From NCBI GenBank assembly GCA_951406725.2, contig OX597833.1, positions 51,522,001-51,586,000 of the forward strand: a stretch of 64,000 nt of DNA, in the 5' to 3' direction. Each line of letters begins with the position of its first letter. The first letter of the stretch is position 1. Below, piece after piece: positions 1-12,440 of this stretch. Source of the DNA: Octopus vulgaris (lineage: Eukaryota). The notes below the pieces were generated by a model. It worked only from the letters and a program-made list of their open reading frames with translations. It did no database searches and was not told the DNA's origin. Made by a program: the position numbers and the translations under genes.

Positions 1-6
1 ATATAT

Positions 7-38
<32 letters not shown>

Positions 39-596
39 TTGTGTGCGTGTTAGTGTAGGCGTATAAGTATATACATATGTTTTTGAGAGAGAGAGAAAGT
101 GTTTTAGAAAGAGTGAAAGAGAGAGAGAGAAATATATAAAAAGTTTTAGAAACAGTGAAAGAGAGAGACAGAGACAGAGTGAAAATGAGGGAGAGGCTGA
201 AGGTGTTAGCAGAAAGAAAGGCCTTATAGAAGGACAAGATGGACGAAGATAAAAAGGGAGCAAACGGATAGGAAGAAGTTGAAAGTACAAGCGATAGGGA
301 AGATGCATTTGAGAAGGAAGAATGAAAAAGACATTGAATAAAGATTGGAGCATTGAACCGAAAGAAAGAGTGACTGAATGAATGAATGAATGAATGAGTT
401 GGAACTAGATATTTGTTGACTTGCATATGTCTAATCACATACACAAGCACGCATTCACTCATACACACACACTATGCTTATATATGTGAGTGTGAGTGTA
501 TGTATGTATGTATGTATGTATGTATGTATGTATGTATGTATGTATGTATGTATGTATGTATGTATATATGGATGGATGGATGGATGGATGGATGTA

Positions 597-775
597 CAAG
601 TGGTTGTGTCGTAAGTACCTTGCTTACCAATCACATGGCTCCGGGTTCAGTTCCACTGCGTGGCACCTTGGGCAAATTTCTTCTACTAATGCCTCGGGCC
701 TACCAAAGTCTTGTGAGTGGATTTGGGGGACGGAAACTGAAAGAATCCCGTCCGATATTTATATATATATATATA

Positions 776-806
<31 letters not shown>

Positions 807-1000
807 TTATGTGAATGTGTTTGTTCCCCCACCATCACTTGATAACCGACGTTGGTGTGTTTACATCTCCGTAACTTAGCGGTTCGGTATGAGTAACCGA
901 TAGAATAACTACTAGGCTTACAACGAATAAATCCTTGGATCGATTTGTTTGACTAAAGGTGGTGCTCCAGCATGGCTGTAGTCAAATGACCGAAACAAAT
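597..1000 (+). mobile_element. tRNA-headed SINE, family A (internal microsatellite, GAGTAAAA-type tail)
   Basis: Diverged A box, B-box-like GGTTCAGTTCC, ACCTTGGGCAA, internal TA/TATG tract and GGTGCTCCAGCATGGC 3' part; matches many copies in the window. Confidence 0.85.
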
Positions 1001-1066
1001 ATGTGTGTGCCTAAGTATCTGACTATATATATGTGTTTGTGTGTGTGTGTATATATATATATATGC

Positions 1067-1101
<35 letters not shown>

Positions 1102-1403
1102 TGTATGTATGTATGTATGTATGTATGTATGTATGTATATACGGACGTCTATTTATCCTGTACTTGTATGCTTTTATGAGGAAAGCCCGAATTCAGATGG
1201 AAACATCAGTGGTTCCAGGTGTTTCATAACATTTTCTTGAAAGATCTTCGTTAAACATTTCTGACACCGAGAGCCAAAACCCAAACACCAACCGAACTTA
1301 CTTCAGACTTTCATTACTTTTAATCTCATGAATCATCCGTTGTTTTGTCTCTTCTTCTGCCCTCCCTCCCCTCCCTCTTTCTCTCTCTCTCACTCGCTAT
1401 CCT

Positions 1404-1532
<129 letters not shown>

Positions 1533-2305
1533 AGCTGCCTTCTTTTCATGGCATTGTCATGTACTAAAACATGTACTTAATTTCTCTCTACCCCAACACC
1601 TCTACAATCCCATTACCCACAATCCACTTCTCTTGAATGCTTACTTTTATGTGACATTATTTTGCTTCCATTCCCATTAGATCTCTGTTTTTCTACATTC
1701 ACAAACTGTTAATCTCTTGCTAGTCTGTGTTTGGTGTTTGTGGTAGGAAATATAATAGGGTCGTAGTGGTAGCTGTGGTAGTTTTGGTCCCAATATGTTT
1801 TGCATGTTCTTTGCTTGAAATCTTTACATCTAATTCTAACTTTATAATTCAGGATCCAAGGAGGAGGTCGTTCTATGTGGTTTCTCACCGAGCTGCTAGA
1901 AATAGCAACCAAATTGCCTCACAAACTGTACTATCACCGTCTTAGATAAGTTCTGCTGTTGTAGTAGTATTGGTGATCATTCTTTGTCATTGAGATACTC
2001 AAACCAATATTCTACCGTAACGATTGGACCTTGTGAGGGATTTTGCAGATTTACTGAGCCGTTTTTGAGCTTTACCTAGTCACTAAAATAGCAAATTATG
2101 TTTTGCGTAATTATGTCAGACTGTAGAATATATAACCAGAGAAATAAGCAAGACAAGTGCAAATGGAGCGCACTTGTGTTTGGGCGTAGGTGTTTAGAGA
2201 CCCGAAATGTCCTCTAGCTAATCAAGCCTGTTATATATGGAAAAGGAACGTCAAAAGCGTGTTTCTACGCATAGTAATGAGAAGCCCTTGTTACACTACA
2301 ATAGC

Positions 2306-2688
2306 GGAGGCGCAATGGCCCAGTGGTTAGGGCAGCGGACTCTCGGTCGTAGGATCGCGGTTTCGATTCCCAGACCGGGCGTTGTGAGTGTTTTTGAGCG
2401 AAAACACCTAAAGCTCCTCGAGGCTCCGGCAGGGGATGGTGGTGATACCTACTGTACTCTTTCACCACAACTTTCTCTCACTCTTACTTCCTGTTTCTGT
2501 TGTACCTGTATTTCAAAGGGCCGGCCTTGTCACTCTCTGTGTCACGCTGAATATCCCCGAGAACTACGTTAAGGGTACACGTGTCTGTGGAGTGCTCAGC
2601 CACTTACACGTTAATTTCACGAGCAGGCTGTTCCGTTGGTCGGATCAACCGGAACCCTCATCGTCGTAACCGACGGAGTGCTTCCACC
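2306..2688 (+). mobile_element. tRNA-headed SINE, family C head with tail type X
   Basis: A box TGGCCCAGTGG, B box GGTTTCGATTCC; 11-bp TSD ACACTACAATA at 2293-2303 and 2689-2699. Confidence 0.9.
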
Positions 2689-2954
2689 ACACTACAATAT
2701 TAAGCTTGTTAAATAGTTACATTGTTTATTGCACAACAAATAAAATGCATCAAGGTGATTAACAATAGCTCACTACCTTTCGTCTGCACTGCATATAATT
2801 TGAGTTGTTCGAAACATCCTATATTTGACGATATAACGTCTTGTGATAGTTTATTGCCAACTTAATACAATTTTCCTCCCAATTTACTTTTACCCTTTAG
2901 CGAAATTATGTTCTAGAAATTATCTTCGCATTTCTTTGAATGCTTCCAGCAAAT

Positions 2955-3725
2955 ACCTATTTCTTTACTGCCCACAAGAGGCTACACATAGAGGGGACAA
3001 ACAAGGACAGACATAGGTATTAAGTCGATTATATCGACCCCAGTGCGTAACTGATACTTATTTAATAGACCACGAAAGGATGAAAGGCAAAGTCAACCTC
3101 GGTGGAATTTGAACTCAGAACGTAACGGCAGACGAGATACCTATTTCTTTACTACCCACAAGGGGCTAAACACAGAGAGGACAAACAAGGACAGACAAAC
3201 GAATTAAGTCGATTATAACTGGTACTTATTTAATCGACCCCGAAAGGATGAAAGGCAAAGTCGACCTCGGCGGAATTTGAACTCAGAATGTAGCAGCAGA
3301 TGAAATACCTATTTCTTTACTACCCAAAAGAGGCTAAACACAGAGAGGACAAACAAGGACCGACAAACAGATTAAGTCGATTATATCGACCCTAGTGCGT
3401 AACTGGTACTTAATTTATCAACCCCGAAAGAATGAAAGGCAAAGTCGACCTCGGCGGAATCTGAACTCAGAACGTAGCAGCAGATGAAATACCTATTTCT
3501 TTACTACCCAAAAGAGGCTAAACACAGAGAGGACAAACAAGGACAGACAAACAGATTAAGTCGATTATATCGACCCTAGTGCGTAACTGGTACTTAATTT
3601 ATCGACCTCGAAAGGATGAAAGGCAAAGTCGACCTCGGCTGAATTTGAACTCAGAACGTAACGGCAGACGAAATACGGCTACGCATTTCGCCCGGCGTGC
3701 TTACGTTTCTGCCAGCTTGCCGCCT
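2955..3725 (-). mobile_element. Head-to-tail tetramer of SINE family B
   Basis: Four ~170-230 bp units containing the reverse complement of GCCTTTCATCCTTTCGGGGTCGAT; only the rightmost has the full head GGCGGCAAGCTGGCAGAAACG. Confidence 0.9.
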
Positions 3726-4713
3726 TCTTCCAACAAATACCACTAAATTCGTTCCCCACGAAATAGACGCTACTTTGCGATGCACCAGCATGGTCGTAGT
3801 TCAGTGAAGAAAGCCAGTATAAGAACGAAATAACAGAATACAGCAAGACAAATTTTCAATTCATTGAGATTACTTTTCGTGTGTGCATCATTCATGCAAT
3901 TGATCCATTTGAGTAACTTCCCCTTAGCTTACTTATTGTAATTACACTAATACTTTTATAGTTCAACCACCCTGCTCTACCAGCATCAATTTAAATTATA
4001 TGCATAGTTGTTTAGCTTTGAGAAATAGAAGTATTCTTAATATACATTGGTTCCAAATTTGATTAAATCTTCATTCAATAAGGCTTACATCTTTTTAATA
4101 CCCTTATAACCTTTTACCTCCCGTATTCCCGTCATTCGACATGATGAATATTTAAGATTCTGTTAACATTGTTTTGTTCAATAGCATCTCTCTAACGAAT
4201 CCATGTTTACTTATATTAAGAAAAAATAATAAAACTTTCCGTATCAACGCGAACTAGCAACAACTAATCAATTATTCTTCATATCAACTCGGTTTTTATT
4301 TTTACTTTTTATTTCTCTCTCTAATTTTTTATTCTTTTCGAAATGGTCCATCAGACGGGAAGAGTTGTGTGAGATTAACTTGGAAATGCGACTTTTAGCA
4401 CTCCTTAGCTGCAGAGTTTTCTTTTCCACATCGGTCTATTGTTAACAACACGTTCCGAACAATTGCAGAGCAAATGGTAAAAGTCTCTGCTGATCTGTTT
4501 GGAACTGGCAATGTTTTGTGAATTGGGAGCTTTAAGTCTGAACGGCTCTCGTTTCGTTCGTTTTCTGCTAAAGTGATGTAAATGAATTTGATGAGTTTCC
4601 GCAGGATGCCGTTAGAGGGCGTCCAGAGTATTACTTTAAAATAAACTAAACACTGCAGAATGAACCATTTCCATCCAGTCAGTTAATAATCTATCTATCT
4701 ATCTGTCTATCTG

Positions 4714-4784
<71 letters not shown>

Positions 4785-4850
4785 GTCTATCTAACTATCT
4801 ATCTATCTGTGTGTATGTGTGTGTTTGTAGATAGATAGATAGATAGATAT

Positions 4851-4886
<36 letters not shown>

Positions 4887-4977
4887 ATAGATACATAGAT
4901 AGATAGATGCACATAGATATATATATATTCGCATATATATATAAATATACATGTATATATTCACCCACACACACACA

Positions 4978-5057
<80 letters not shown>

Positions 5058-5761
5058 GAGGGGTGGACAGAGAAATACACACACAAACAAATACACACAG
5101 ATATCTGTGTGTATCGTGCATATACACTGATGTATGCGTTTGCATGTATACATACCTACATACATCACGTATATACGCACATACGTGCGCGTGTGTAAAA
5201 AGACAGAGAAGTGAATGAGGAGTGGGGGTGAAAAGGAAGAGGTCAAGGAGGATCGGATTAAAAACGAGAAAGGAAGGACAAGGAGATGGGGGAACAGGAG
5301 GAGTAGACCAATGATTTTTACAAGAAAACTCAAATCAAGTCATTTAAGTTTAAATACTGACTTCAAATGCATTTTCGTTCATGCTAGTTTTTTTTTTTTT
5401 TCATTTTGGTTTTTTGCCCTTTCAAGTGTAATTCTCTCTTCTTTTTGATTTAACATTTTAACCTATGCCTTCTTTTATGTAAATTTCTCAGCGGTCATTT
5501 GTCTTATTTGATCCTATTTGTATTTCATCACACTGAAAGATAAAACTTCTTTTGGCTTTCTCAAATCTTTCATTCGTAACGTTCATTATATCTCACTATG
5601 GCCTATTATATAATATTTGTTTTTCTTTACTGTCTTTATAATAGCCTCTATGACTTTGTATTAATAAGCCTGTCTCTATCATTTCGTCTGTCTGTGTGTG
5701 TGTCTGTATGGGTGTGCCAGTTGGTGTGACTGTGTTTGTTTCTGTATTTGTGTCCACGACA

Positions 5762-6057
5762 GCGGCGAGCTGGCAGAATCGTTAGCACACTGGACGAAAT
5801 GCTTAGTGCTATTTCACCCGTCGAAGCCGGCGAGCTGGCAGAAACGTTAGCACGCCGGGAGAAATGCGTAGCCGTATTTCGTCTGCCGTTACGTTCTGAG
5901 TTCACATTCCGCCGAGGTCGACTTTGCCTTTCATCCTTTCGGGGTCGATAAATTAAGTACCAGTTACGCACTGGGGTCGATGTAATCGACTTATTCCGTT
6001 TGTCTGTCCTTGTTTGTCCCCTCTGTGTTTAGCCCCTTGTGAGTAGTAAAGAAATAT
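5762..6057 (+). mobile_element. SINE family B with duplicated head
   Basis: Two GGCGAGCTGGCAGAA heads, GAGTTCACATTCC B box, tail TTTAGCCCCTTGTGAGTAGTAAAGAAATA. Confidence 0.9.
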
Positions 6058-6074
6058 ATTTAACTCTATTTTAT

Positions 6075-6386
6075 TTTTTATTTATGCGCCCTTTTCAAGC
6101 CTAGCCAGTCTCATGGGCCCGGTTTCCCGGTTTCTGTGGCGCATGTGTTCCCCCCAGCTGGACGGGACGCCAGTCCATCGCAGCGTTACTCTAGAAATAG
6201 GAAGAAAGAGTAAGAGAAAGTTGGGTCGAAAGAGTACAACAGGGATCGCCACCACCCCCTGCTGGAACTTCGTGGAGCTTTAGGTGTTTTGGCTCAATAA
6301 ACAGACAAAACTCCCGGTCTGGAAATCGAAACCGCGATCCTACGACCGCAAGTCCGCTGCCTTAACCACTGGACCATTGCGCCTCG
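6075..6386 (-). mobile_element. SINE family C head with V-domain-like tail
   Basis: Reverse strand has GAGGCGCAATGGTCCAGTGG head and GCGATGGACTGGCGTCCCGTCCAG; flanked by TTTAACT(C/A)TAT direct repeat. Confidence 0.85.
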
Positions 6387-6487
6387 ATTTAACTATATAT
6401 AAAGTATTTAGTCATCTGTCTATTTGTAAAATATTTACTCATCTATTTACTATACAACTCTCCACCTCTCTCTCTCCCCATATACAC

Positions 6488-6648
6488 ACATGGCTGTGGC
6501 TGTGTGGTAAGAAGCTTGCTTCCCAATCACATGGCGCCAGGTTCAGTCCTGTTTAGCACCTTGGACGAGTGTCTTCTACTATAGCTTCGAGCCGATGAAA
6601 GCCTTGTGAGGGGATTCGGTAGACGGAAACTGAAAGAAGCTCGTCGCG

Positions 6649-6712
<64 letters not shown>

Positions 6713-6950
6713 TGTGCGTGTGTGTGTGTGTGTACGTATTTGTGCGTCTGTGTTTGTCCCCCACCATCGCTTGACAACCGATGTTGGTGTGTTTACGTCC
6801 CCGTAGCCTAGCGGTTCGGCAAAAGTGACCGATAGAATAAGTATTAGGCTTACAAAGAATAAGTTCTGGGATCGCTTTGTTTGACTAAAGGTGGTGCTCC
6901 AGCATGACCACTGTCAAAATGACTGAAACAAGTAAAAGAATAAAAGAATA
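6488..6950 (+). mobile_element. SINE family A
   Basis: TGGCTGTGTGGTAAG head, internal TA/TG tract, GTAAAAGAATAAAAGAATA tail. Confidence 0.9.
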
Positions 6951-7019
6951 CATATATATATATATACGAAGAGAAACACCCGTGGTCGGCTGGGTTGAAA
7001 GAAGCTGCCAAAATTGTAT

Positions 7020-7161
7020 TGTAACTGGTACTTAATTTATCGACCCCGAAAGGATGAAAGGCAAAATCGACCTCGGCGAATTTGAACTCAGATCGTAACG
7101 GCAGACGAAATACGGTTACGCATTTCGCCCGGCGTGCTAACGTTTCTGCCAGTTTGCCGCC

Positions 7162-7162
<1 letters not shown>
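7020..7162 (-). mobile_element. SINE family B (5' part)
   Basis: Matches head and central domain of other family B copies. Confidence 0.85.
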
Positions 7163-7200
<38 letters not shown>

Positions 7201-7203
<3 letters not shown>

Positions 7204-7796
7204 TCAAAACCGCTGACAAATTGTATAAACACCATCCTGAAGCTGTGACTGAGGGAGAAAATGTGTCGATTCTCTGGAACTTCCCCGTACGTACCGACAA
7301 AAGTATAAAAGCTAATAAACCGGATATTATTATAAAAGATAAGACATAAAAGGTGTGTTTATTAATTGACATGAGTATTCCTTGCGATCACAATATAGCG
7401 GCGAAAGAATTTGATAAGATCAGTAAATATAAAGACTTGCTAATAGAAATTGAAAAAATGTGGCATCTCAAGGCGATTACAGTACCATGATTGTAGGATC
7501 TCTAGGAATGATAAAAAGGAAAAAAAGTACTGAAACCTATTTGAAAAGGATACCAGGCTCACCATCCCTATAGGAAGTGCAAAACAACGTGTTGACTGGA
7601 ACGGCTCATGTACTGAGAAGAGCATTATCGCTGTGAAAACAACATCCATTCATGAATTTAGTTATTTATTAATTTTTAAATACATATTTTTACCTGTGAA
7701 TTTGCGTGTGTAACCTGGGAATGCATACAATGAGCTTCTCTGCCCTAGGGGTACGGAAAACACCCGGTGGGAAAACACCCGGTGAGAAATGGAAAA
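7201..7796 (+). mobile_element. 5'-truncated RLE-type non-LTR retrotransposon (R4/Dong-like), endonuclease domain plus 3' UTR
   Basis: Translation with stops/frameshifts: LYKHHPEAVTEGENVSILWNFPVRTDKSIKANKPDIIIKDKT*KVCLLIDMSIPCDHNIAAKEFDKISKYKDLLIEIEKMWHLK...IVGSLGMI...LTGTAHVLRRALSL*; PD..D..K motif of restriction-like endonucleases; flanked on both sides by (TAA)n, the known Dong target. Confidence 0.85.
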
Positions 7797-7810
7797 TAAT
7801 AATAATAATG

Positions 7811-7860
<50 letters not shown>

Positions 7861-7916
7861 TATAATGATGATGATGATGATGATGGTGATGGTGATGATG
7901 ATGACGACGACGACAA

Positions 7917-7947
<31 letters not shown>

Positions 7948-7950
7948 AAC

Positions 7951-7985
<35 letters not shown>

Positions 7986-8320
7986 TAATAATAATAATAA
8001 TGATTCTTTCTACTGGAAGCACACGGCCTCAAATTTGGGAGAAGGGATTAAGTCGATTACATTTACCCCAGTGTATAACTGGTATGTATTTAAACGACTT
8101 CGAAAGGATGAACGGCAAAGTTGACCTCCGCGGAATTTGAACTCGGAACGTAGCAGCAGACAAAATACCGCTAACCATTTCGCCCAGCGTGCTAACGATT
8201 CTGCCAGCTCGACGCCTATAAGATCCTGTGAGACCCCTGCCAACAGGTTGAGAGGTAAAACAATAATAATAATTGTGAGGTTGAGGATCATATTGATGAT
8301 AATGATGATCATGATGATAT

Positions 8321-8356
<36 letters not shown>

Positions 8357-8515
8357 CTTTTATCCTTTCTCCTATAGGCACAAGGCCAAAAAATATTGGA
8401 GGAGGTCGACAGTCTATTTAATCGACCCCAGGACTAAAATGGCCCTTATTTCATCCACCCCGAAAGGATGACAAAGTCAAACTTGACGGAATTTGAACAG
8501 AAAATAATAATAATG

Positions 8516-8555
<40 letters not shown>

Positions 8556-8629
8556 TAATAATAATAATGATAATGACAATAATAATAATAATGATAATAA
8601 TAATGATAATGATGATAATAATAATAATG

Positions 8630-8666
<37 letters not shown>

Positions 8667-8704
8667 TAATAATAATAATGATAATGACAATAATAATAAT
8701 AATG

Positions 8705-8741
<37 letters not shown>

Positions 8742-8779
8742 TAATAATAATAATGATAATAACAATAATAATAATAATG

Positions 8780-8819
<40 letters not shown>

Positions 8820-8923
8820 TAATAATAATAATGATAATGACAATAATAATAATAATGATAATAATAATAATAATAATAATAATGATAATAATAATAATGA
8901 TAATGACAATAATAATAATAATG

Positions 8924-8957
<34 letters not shown>

Positions 8958-9082
8958 TAATAATAATAATGATAATAATAATAATAATAATGATAATAAT
9001 AATAATAATGATAATGATGATAATAATAATAATAATAATAATAATGATAATAATAATAATGATAATAATAATAATAATAATG

Positions 9083-9113
<31 letters not shown>

Positions 9114-9175
9114 TAATAATAATAATGATAATAATAATAATAATAATGATAATAATAATAATAATGATAATGATG

Positions 9176-9206
<31 letters not shown>

Positions 9207-9244
9207 TAATAATAATAATGATAATGACAATAATAATAATAATG

Positions 9245-9275
<31 letters not shown>

Positions 9276-9337
9276 TAATAATAATAATGATAATAATAAT
9301 AATAATAATGATAATAATAATAATAATGATAATGATG

Positions 9338-9374
<37 letters not shown>

Positions 9375-9493
9375 TAATAATAATAATGATAATAATAATA
9401 ATAATAATGATAATAATAATAATAATGATAATGATGATAATAATAATAATGATAATAATAATAATAATGATAATGATGATAATAATAATAATG

Positions 9494-9527
<34 letters not shown>

Positions 9528-9565
9528 TAATAATAATAATGATAATGACAATAATAATAATAATG

Positions 9566-9602
<37 letters not shown>

Positions 9603-9640
9603 TAATAATAATAATGATAATGACAATAATAATAATAATG

Positions 9641-9671
<31 letters not shown>

Positions 9672-9790
9672 TAATAATAATAATGATAATGACAATAATA
9701 ATAATAATGATAATAATAATAATGATAATGACAATAATAATAATAATGATAATAATAATAATAATGATAATGACAATAATAATAATAATG

Positions 9791-9851
<61 letters not shown>

Positions 9852-9892
9852 TAATAATAATAATAATGATAATGATGATAATAATAATAATG

Positions 9893-9924
<32 letters not shown>

Positions 9925-9977
9925 TATAATGATGATGATGATGATGATGGTGATGGTGATGATGATGACGACGACGA

Positions 9978-10008
<31 letters not shown>

Positions 10009-10014
10009 AACAAC

Positions 10015-10070
<56 letters not shown>

Positions 10071-10387
10071 TTCTTTCTACTGGAAGCACACGGCCTCAAA
10101 TTTGGGAGAAGGGATTAAGTCGATTACATTTACCCCAGTGTATAACTGGTATGTATTTAAACGACTTCGAAAGGATGAACGGCAAAGTTGACCTCCGCGG
10201 AATTTGAACTCGGAACGTAGCAGCAGACAAAATACCGCTAACCATTTCGCCCAGCGTGCTAACGATTCTGCCAGCTCGACGCCTATAAGATCCTGTGAGA
10301 CCCCTGCCAACAGGTTGAGAGGTAAAACAATAATAATAATTGTGAGGTTGAGGATCATATTGATGATAATGATGATCATGATGATAT

Positions 10388-10432
<45 letters not shown>

Positions 10433-10575
10433 CTTTTATCCTTTCTCCTATAGGCACAAGGCCAAAAATATTGGAGGAGGTCGACAGTCTATTTAATCGA
10501 CCCCAGGACTAAAATGGCCCTTATTTCATCCACCCCGAAAGGATGACAAAGTCAAACTTGACGGAATTTGAACAG
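7861..10575. repeat. Tandem segmental duplication (copies ~7861-8500 and ~9925-10575) separated by a long AAT/GAT array
   Basis: Non-repetitive parts of the two copies read identical except for microsatellite and homopolymer lengths; each copy contains family B SINE remnants. Confidence 0.9.
8503..9924. repeat. ~1.4-kb (AAT)n microsatellite with periodic GAT/GAC interruptions
   Basis: Continuous triplet phase; recurring block GAT(AAT)4 GAT AAT GAC (AAT)4. Confidence 0.95.
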
Positions 10576-10590
10576 AAAATAATAATAATG

Positions 10591-10648
<58 letters not shown>

Positions 10649-10849
10649 CAATAATAATAATAATGATAATAATAATAATAATGATAATGATGATAATAAT
10701 AATAATGATAATAATAATAATAATAATAATAATGATGATGATGATAATAATAATAATAATAATATGATAATAATAATGATGATTTCATGACGAGGGCGAC
10801 AAAATAAATACAAATAATAATAATAACAACAACAACAATAATAATGATG

Positions 10850-10887
<38 letters not shown>

Positions 10888-11187
10888 TATAATAATAATT
10901 ATAATAATAAAAATAATGATAATAATAATAATAATAATGATAATAATAATAATGATAATAATAATAATAATAATGATTTCAAATTTTTACCAATAATAAT
11001 GATATTTTCTACTATAAGCACAAGGCCTGAAATTTAGGGGAATGGGATGATAAGGTGTTATGTGCTGGTGGTGGGAGGGGGCTTTGTATTTACATTACCT
11101 CTGCCTACACCGCTCCCCCCCCCCCCAACCGGGTCCGGCCATCTCTGCCCAACTCACATATCAAATTACCTCATTATTCCCTCACAG

Positions 11188-11220
11188 CTGAGAATATCCT
11201 TGGAGACGATCGCGAAGGAG
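11188..11220 (+). CDS. Candidate 33-nt symmetric microexon of an unidentified host gene (xENILGDDREG)
   Basis: Acceptor CTCATTATTCCCTCACAG, donor GAG|GTGAGG, frame-preserving length, unique GC-richer island among repeats; no transcript evidence. Confidence 0.4.
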
Positions 11221-11476
11221 GTGAGGGGCCGTGGCAAAAGAGACTGTTCTTGTGTCGCAGGATGGCCGGGGGTGGGTGGCAGATAGGGAAGGAAGGGATA
11301 AAAAGATGGTGGGGGGCATATTGGAAGTGACAGGGTGGGAGTGTTTAGAAAAGGAGTGGCGGGTTAAACCAATAAAGTGAGACAGAGCTGGGAAACGAAG
11401 AAAAGTTGGAGGAGAGTCTCAGAATGACAAGGCGACGGAGGTGGTGTCAGTTGGAACTGGGATGTGGTTAAAAGAT

Positions 11477-11538
<62 letters not shown>

Positions 11539-11615
11539 GCACATTTATGTATGCATGTATGTGAGCATTGTACATAGGTATGTATGTGAATATATGTATA
11601 TATATATGTATAAAG

Positions 11616-11654
<39 letters not shown>

Positions 11655-11800
11655 CTGTATACGTATGTATGTATATATGCTTATATATATACATACATAT
11701 ATATATATGTATATATATGTATGTATATATATATAAACACATGTATGTATGCATGTGAGCTTTGTACATGGGTATGCATATGTATATATATATATATATG

Positions 11801-11849
<49 letters not shown>

Positions 11850-11895
11850 TGTATATACATAGGTATGCATATGTATATATATATATATATGTATG

Positions 11896-11934
<39 letters not shown>

Positions 11935-12440
11935 TGTATATGCATGTATGTATGTACGTATGTGTGTATATATGTGTATATATGTGTAATTATGTATATA
12001 TATATATATACATATATATTGTATATGTGTGTATGTATATATGTACGTATATATGTATTTGTATATGTATATATATATATATTATATGTATATGTATATA
12101 TATATATAAATGCGCGTTTGTGTGGGTATGCATACCTGTATGAATGTGGTGTGTGTGTATGTGTATGTGTATTAAGAGAGAAGACGAGACTGAGAGGAAG
12201 AACTATTACAAGAGAAAGCTTTTTGGAAGAAAAAACATAACTGGAGAATGTTGGGTGGGGTAGGAAGAAATCAATGTGACGTACAGAGAAAGCTGATCAA
12301 AACGCTGTTGTAGGGAAGGAGAGGGACAGCGAAGACTTGTGCGTGAAGGATAAAGCGATAGACTCACAGAGAAAAGAAGTGTTGGGTTAGAAGATCGCAG
12401 GTTAGGAATTATAAAAGGAAACCGTGACAGTTAATTTGAC

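Noticed and set aside
2306-2380. tRNA genes at SINE heads
   Set aside because: A and B boxes are present but continue into SINE bodies with TSDs; no clean cloverleaf
8446-10207. 440-580 aa ORFs (poly-I/L/Y)
   Set aside because: Translations of the AAT/GAT microsatellite; no coding complexity
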